Position numbers and translations under genes: made by a program
Assembly (NCBI GenBank): GCA_964344465.1
Contig: CAYFNN010000003.1
Span: forward strand, 11,801 to 41,700
Reading direction: 5' to 3'
DNA from: an uncultured Bifidobacterium sp.
GTDB lineage: Bacteria > Actinomycetota > Acidimicrobiia > Acidimicrobiales > Ilumatobacteraceae
Length of the DNA stretch: 29,900 bases
In this document: piece by piece, positions 25,608 through 29,900 of the stretch
Layout: each line of letters opens with the position of its first letter
Numbering within the stretch: position 1 is the stretch's first letter
The notes under the pieces: model-generated
Seen by the model: only the letters and a program-made list of their open reading frames with translations
What the model was told of the DNA's origin: nothing
Database searches by the model: none

Positions 25608-26815
25608 TCGTGCAACGCTATGCGCAACTGGCGAGCGAATCCCCCGCGCCTGCCGACCGTCGTTTGCTCGAGACCCAGCCATGTGGCCATCGCCCGCACC
25701 TCGCGTGACACCGGCGCAACCACTTCTCGAGCACGAACGGATGGCTCAAGAAATGCACCCTCGACCCGCAGCGTGCTGGTTGCACGATCGGCTTTCATAT
25801 CGAGCCGACCGACCAACGACTCACCACACAACACCGGCAACACGTAGTAACCGAAGGTGCGCTTGGGTTCGGGCGTATAAATCTCGATTCGATAGCGGAA
25901 GTTGAACAGTCGTTCGTTGCGCGGCCGACACCAGACAAGGGAGTCAAAGGGTGACAGCAGCGCAGTGGCCCGTATTCGTTGCGGCGACGGTGTGTCGCGG
26001 TGGATATACGCCGTTTCTTTCCACCCTGCGACGGCCACTTCTCGAAGTGCGCCGTCTTCCACCAAATCGGCGATGAGCGGCTTCACCACCGAGGGTCGTT
26101 GGCGGTAGTAGTCAGCGAGATCGTCCGCAGTTGCTACACCGAGCGCAATCGACGAGCGAACGAGCAGTCGCTTTCTCGCGTCGTATTCAGTTGGCGTCGG
26201 CGCATTCACGATGCGTGACGGGAGCACGCGCTCGGGAGTGTCGTAGATGCGGGCGAAATCGGTGCCCCTCCCACGCGACATCAACTGGCCCGTCAGAAAC
26301 AAGTACTCGAGTGCAGTCTTCGCGTCGTCCCAATCCCACCAGGTGCCCTTTTTTCGAGTGCGGGTGCTGATCGAACGAGCGGTGACGGCACCATTTCGCT
26401 CGACATGTTTGAGCACCCGATTGACGTACGACCTGTTGTCGACATAGAAGCTCGTGAGACCCCAATGCTTCGCCTTGCCAGTGCGTGCCGCGTCCATCTT
26501 CCAACGAAACAATGGCTGCACGTCGACTGGAAGGTGTGCAGCTTCGTGTCCCCAATATTCAAAAATTTTGCCCTGCGCCGTGGCCCTTGGTATCGCAGCA
26601 CGATCGTGGTTGCCGAGTCGGGCGAAGAGTGGCAACTCCTGACTGCGCACGAGCACATTGACCGAATCGATCTGCACGACGCCGAGTTTCTTGATGAGTG
26701 CGACGGCATCGCTGGTCGGCGACTTCGCACGCGGTCGTGTGGCGGCAAACCCTTGCGCCGCCAGCGCCAGACGGCGGGCGTCGACGATCGACAACTCATC
26801 GCGCCGCTTGGGCAT
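25604..26815 (-). CDS. ycaQ: YcaQ/AlkZ-family winged-helix DNA glycosylase (crosslink repair)
   Basis: ARRLALAAQGF, VQIDSV (QxD), FEYW.H, WWDW, LLSPFDSLVW, YRIEIY.P..KR..GYYVLP motifs. Confidence 0.85.
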   Translation of the reverse strand: MPKRRDELSIVDARRLALAAQGFAATRPRAKSPTSDAVALIKKLGVVQIDSVNVLVRSQELPLFARLGNHDRAAIPRATAQGKIFEYWGHEAAHLPVDVQPLFRWKMDAARTGKAKHWGLTSFYVDNRSYVNRVLKHVERNGAVTARSISTRTRKKGTWWDWDDAKTALEYLFLTGQLMSRGRGTDFARIYDTPERVLPSRIVNAPTPTEYDARKRLLVRSSIALGVATADDLADYYRQRPSVVKPLIADLVEDGALREVAVAGWKETAYIHRDTPSPQRIRATALLSPFDSLVWCRPRNERLFNFRYRIEIYTPEPKRTFGYYVLPVLCGESLVGRLDMKADRATSTLRVEGAFLEPSVRAREVVAPVSREVRAMATWLGLEQTTVGRRGGFARQLRIALHE

Positions 26816-26824
26816 CGACGTGGG

Positions 26825-27382
26825 TTACTCGGCGACGGTGATGGTGACCGAGTTGATGACGACGTCGGTCTTCGGACGGTCACCCGCGCCGGTCGGCACG
26901 TTCTGCATCGCCTCGACAACCTCGAGGCCCTTCACCACTTGGCCGAACAACGAATACTGCGGTGGCAGGCGGCAACCGTCTGGACCACTGATGATGAAGA
27001 ACTGCGAACCATTGGTGTTGGGGCCGGCATTGGCCATCGCGAACGAGCCGACTTTGTACTGGTTCGGCTTGGGTAACTCGTCGCCAAATCGATAGCCCGG
27101 GCCGCCGCGACCCGAGCCCTCGGGGTCGCCGCCCTGGCACACGAAGTTCTTGATGATGCGATGGAAGATGACACCGTCGTAGTAGTGATGCAGCGCAAGA
27201 AACACGAAGTTGTTCACAGTGCGTGGTGCGTTTGCGGCATCGAGCGCAATTACGAGCTCACCCATCGATGTGCTCATTGTTGCGGTGTAGCGCTTCTTGG
27301 GGTCGATGCCCATTTCGGGCGGTTCGGCGAATCGTTGCTGCTTGGCTGCTGAGCCGTCAAACGACGGGAACTGTGTTGGCAT
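26825..27382 (-). CDS. cyclophilin-type peptidyl-prolyl cis-trans isomerase
   Basis: APRTVNNFVFLA, FHRII..FVCQGGDP.G.G.GGPGY, AMANAGPNTNGSQFFI, FGQVVKG. TAGCGT lies 8 nt upstream. Confidence 0.95.
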   Translation of the reverse strand: MPTQFPSFDGSAAKQQRFAEPPEMGIDPKKRYTATMSTSMGELVIALDAANAPRTVNNFVFLALHHYYDGVIFHRIIKNFVCQGGDPEGSGRGGPGYRFGDELPKPNQYKVGSFAMANAGPNTNGSQFFIISGPDGCRLPPQYSLFGQVVKGLEVVEAMQNVPTGAGDRPKTDVVINSVTITVAE

Positions 27383-27427
27383 GACGAGTCACGCTAGTGG
27401 TGAACGGCTCACCTACCATGGTCGTTC

Positions 27428-27559
27428 GTGAGCAACACCCCGCACGAAGACCAAAGCGAGCTTGCGGTCGATCTCGATGTGCTCGAAGCGGAGTTGGCCG
27501 AAGTCGAACTGATGCTCGAACGCCTCAACGAAACGAACACTCCGCAAGGTGGTCGTTAA
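27428..27559 (+). CDS. 43-aa acidic coiled-coil small protein (not in ORF track)
   Basis: GTG...TAA: MSNTPHEDQSELAVDLDVLEAELAEVELMLERLNETNTPQGGR. Clean amphipathic heptads; TACCAT 8 nt upstream; occupies otherwise empty space between the ppi start and the tag end. Confidence 0.55.
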   Translation: MSNTPHEDQSELAVDLDVLEAELAEVELMLERLNETNTPQGGR

Positions 27560-28064
27560 CCACACCCACCGACTGCATGAATGCATACATGGTGGTCGGG
27601 CCAACGAACGACCAGTTGCGTCGCTTGAGTTCACGAGACATCGCCGTCGACTCAACCGTGTGCGCCGGCACATCGGCCGGGCCCTGCGGCACATTGCTCG
27701 TCTCCGGAGCAAATCGCCACACGAAGGCATCGAGTGAACCGAATTCGTCGATGAGCGCGTCGTAGCGCTGCGCGTTGTTCACCACCGACTCGATTTTTCC
27801 GCGGTGGCGGATGATGCCACTGTCGGTCAGCAGTCTGGCAATGTCGGATTCACCGAACGATGCAACCATCGCGGGGTCAAAGTTGACAAACACACGACGG
27901 AAGTGCTCACGCTTGCGCAGGATGGTGAGCCAACTCAGGCCTGCCTGAAAACCCTCGAGGCAGATCTTTTCGAACAACCGTTGGTCGTCGTGCACGGGTC
28001 GCCCCCACTCGGTGTCGTGATATGCGACGTACAGCGGGTCGTCGCCGCACCACGAACATCGCAC
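27525..28064 (-). CDS. tag: DNA-3-methyladenine glycosylase I
   Basis: RCSWC..DPLY.AYHDTEWG, LFEKICLEGFQAGLSWLTILRKRE, IIRHRGKI, FVGPTT.YAFMQSVG.VNDH..C. Start GTG 28064. Confidence 0.95.
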   Translation of the reverse strand: MRCSWCGDDPLYVAYHDTEWGRPVHDDQRLFEKICLEGFQAGLSWLTILRKREHFRRVFVNFDPAMVASFGESDIARLLTDSGIIRHRGKIESVVNNAQRYDALIDEFGSLDAFVWRFAPETSNVPQGPADVPAHTVESTAMSRELKRRNWSFVGPTTMYAFMQSVGVVNDHLAECSFR

Positions 28065-28080
28065 CGCGATGGATGCTCGA

Positions 28081-28917
28081 CTAGCGGTCGCGCAACTTGG
28101 CAAGCAGACGCAGAATCTCGAGATACAGCCACACCACGGTGACCAAGAGACCGAGCGCGGCAAACCACTCCATGCGACGTGGCAACCCCATCTGCTCACC
28201 TTGCTCGATGAAGTCGAAATCGAGTGCCAGATTGAAGGCCGCCAAACCCGCTACGAAGAGGCTGAAGAGGATGCCGAACGATCCTGAACCGGTGAAGAAC
28301 GAGATGTTGGCACCGAAGATGCTGAACACCATCGATACGAGATAGAACACCGCCAGCCCGAGCGTGGCGCCGATGACGATGCGACGAAACCGGTTAGTCA
28401 CGCGAATCACCCGAGTTCGATAGAGGAAGAGCATGACCCCGAAGACCGCGAGTGTGGTGCCCACGGCCTGCAGAACGATGCCGGAATACTCGGCGTTGTA
28501 CATCTTGGAGATAGCGCCGACGAACAAGCCCTGGCCAACTGCGTACACCGGGCCCAAGATGTGCGACCACAGCGGTTTGAACGCCGATGCGATGGCGGCG
28601 ATGAACCCCACGATGGCCCCGACGATGGCCATCATCGGGAAACTCAGGCTGCCTGGCTGCGGCTCGGCGACGGAGATCCAGCCAACGGCAGCCGAAATGA
28701 GCAGCATCGCAAACAGGATGAGACTGGCGCTCGCTGCACCGCTTGCCGTCATGACACCGCCGTGATACTTCGTGGTGGGGCCGTCGTTGATTGGCGTGCC
28801 AGACGGTGGCGCCCAGGTGCCCGCGGGCTGTGAACCAGCGGCGGCCCAGCCGGCCTCGCCGGCGTGGCGCTCGCGCATCTTTTCAAATGTTGACTGATTG
28901 AGGAGGGGGTTGGACAT
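28081..28917 (-). CDS. Bax inhibitor-1/YccA family membrane protein
   Basis: MSNP.L, YA..QGLF.GAIS, IVLQAV..T, LALDFDFIE.G, L.VT.VWLYLEILRLL. TATGAT + 6 nt + ATG. Confidence 0.9.
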   Translation of the reverse strand: MSNPLLNQSTFEKMRERHAGEAGWAAAGSQPAGTWAPPSGTPINDGPTTKYHGGVMTASGAASASLILFAMLLISAAVGWISVAEPQPGSLSFPMMAIVGAIVGFIAAIASAFKPLWSHILGPVYAVGQGLFVGAISKMYNAEYSGIVLQAVGTTLAVFGVMLFLYRTRVIRVTNRFRRIVIGATLGLAVFYLVSMVFSIFGANISFFTGSGSFGILFSLFVAGLAAFNLALDFDFIEQGEQMGLPRRMEWFAALGLLVTVVWLYLEILRLLAKLRDR

Positions 28918-29091
28918 GCCCTCATCATAAGGAATCGGTCGTGCGAATGCCCACCGAAACTGCCGTTACCTCTGCCACGGCTCTTTGCAAGGTCGTCCAC
29001 GCGACTTCCGGATGACCGCCTGTGGAAATCAACGACAACCGTGCAACACGGAGGTTGTGGATTTGGTGGCAGTCGGTATCGTTGAGCGCGC

Positions 29092-29123
29092 TCGCGCCCC
29101 CAACGGGGCGCGATTGTCATATT
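29092..29123 (+). promoter_or_regulatory. perfect GC-rich inverted repeat upstream of the sigma factor (terminator-like hairpin or operator)
   Basis: TCGCGCCCC-CAAC-GGGGCGCGA followed by TTGTCATATT; the stem ends 41 nt before ATG 29155. Confidence 0.5.
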
Positions 29124-29154
29124 CGGGTTACCACAGAGTTCGGGGGCAAGAGCA

Positions 29155-29900
29155 ATGGCCAAAGATCGCATCGATCGAGACGAAGAAGATCTCGTACGTC
29201 TCTATCTCACCGACATCGGCCAATACGTTCTGCTCACCAAAGACGACGAAGTTCGTCTCGCGAAAGAAATCGAAGAAGGCAAGACTGCCGAGAAGCAGCT
29301 CAACAACAGCAACAAACTTTCGGCTGAAAAAAAGCGCGAGCTCCGCAAGATTCAACGCATCGGCACCCGCGCCGAACGTCAATTCGTGCAGTCAAACCTG
29401 CGACTTGTCGTGTCGATCGCCAAGAAGTACCAAGCGTCGGGCCTGCCGCTACTCGACCTCATCCAAGAGGGCAATCTCGGCCTCATGCACGCCGTCGAGA
29501 AGTTCGACTGGCGTAAGGGTTTCAAGTTTTCTACTTACGCCACCTGGTGGATTCGCCAGGCGATCACCCGCGGCATCGCCAACACGGGTCGCACCATCCG
29601 TCTGCCAGTTCATGCCGGTGACACGCTGGCCAGACTGCAAAAGGCCCGTTCACGTCTTGAGTTGAAGTTCGGTCGTCCGGCCACGCTCGCCGAACTCGCG
29701 GCCGAAGTCGAGATGCCAGAAGACAAGGTCACCGAGGCGTTGCGCTTCGCGAACGAGCCGTTGTCGCTCAGCGAGCCGCTACGTGAAGATGGTGACGCCG
29801 AGCTGGGTGACGTCGTCGAAGATCGTTCGGTCGAGTCGCCATTTGAAGTCGCCGCAACGGCACTGTTGCCAGAAGAAATCAACCGACTGCTGGCACCGCT
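29155..29900 (+). CDS. RpoD/SigA-family sigma-70 factor lacking region 1.1 (group 2, SigB-like), runs off the window
   Basis: Manual translation: MAKDRIDRDEEDLVRLYLTDIGQY.LLT..DEV.LA...NLRLVVSIAKKY...LDLIQEGNLGL..AVEKFD..KGFKFSTYATWWIRQAITR.IA..GRTIRLPVH. Absent from the ORF track (no stop in window). Confidence 0.95.
   Translation, partial: MAKDRIDRDEEDLVRLYLTDIGQYVLLTKDDEVRLAKEIEEGKTAEKQLNNSNKLSAEKKRELRKIQRIGTRAERQFVQSNLRLVVSIAKKYQASGLPLLDLIQEGNLGLMHAVEKFDWRKGFKFSTYATWWIRQAITRGIANTGRTIRLPVHAGDTLARLQKARSRLELKFGRPATLAELAAEVEMPEDKVTEALRFANEPLSLSEPLREDGDAELGDVVEDRSVESPFEVAATALLPEEINRLLAP

Noticed and set aside
28990-29136. DnaA-box-like words (TGTGGAAAT, TGTGGATTT, TCGTCCACG)
   Set aside because: Each has two or more mismatches to the consensus, there is no AT-rich unwinding element, and no dnaA/dnaN is nearby.

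Overview
Gene-dense (~60% GC by eye) chromosomal window, most likely from an actinobacterium of the Acidimicrobiia/Ilumatobacteraceae type; this is inferred from gene content, the group-2 sigma factor N-terminus and the promoter style. I saw no transposase, integrase, phage gene or CRISPR array. The left third is an inositol catabolism region: iolE (partial, absent from the ORF track), iolG, iolC, a Cgl0159-type aldolase, iolB, two further Gfo/Idh/MocA dehydrogenases and a ChbG/YdjC deacetylase, interrupted by a trypsin-like protease and an MFS transporter. It is followed by an orphan sigma-70-like protein, a CopA-type P1B ATPase whose GTG start lies 1 nt after a CCA-less tRNA-Lys(UUU), a hemolysin-III family protein, a secreted tandem DUF1566/CLec-like protein, an M14 peptidase, a 7-TM SWEET-like transporter, a methyltransferase, YceI and a 486-aa coiled-coil protein with a RelE/ParE-like tail. 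The rest comprises an SDR, DUF885, an L,D-transpeptidase, an AI-2E transporter, an MpaB/DUF2236 oxygenase, a C26 hydrolase, YcaQ/AlkZ, cyclophilin, an unannotated 43-aa ORF, Tag, a YccA/BI-1 protein and a partial SigB/RpoD-type sigma factor (also absent from the track). The most interesting signals are: (1) the tRNA-copA junction, suggesting tRNA processing generates the copA mRNA 5' end; (2) the 486-aa candidate single-gene defence or toxin protein; (3) the divergent orphan sigma factor; (4) a pervasive TANNNT-N6/7-start leaderless promoter pattern; (5) a eukaryote-like 3+1+3 SWEET; and (6) a deacetylase embedded in the inositol operon. All family calls come from motif recognition, not database searches.
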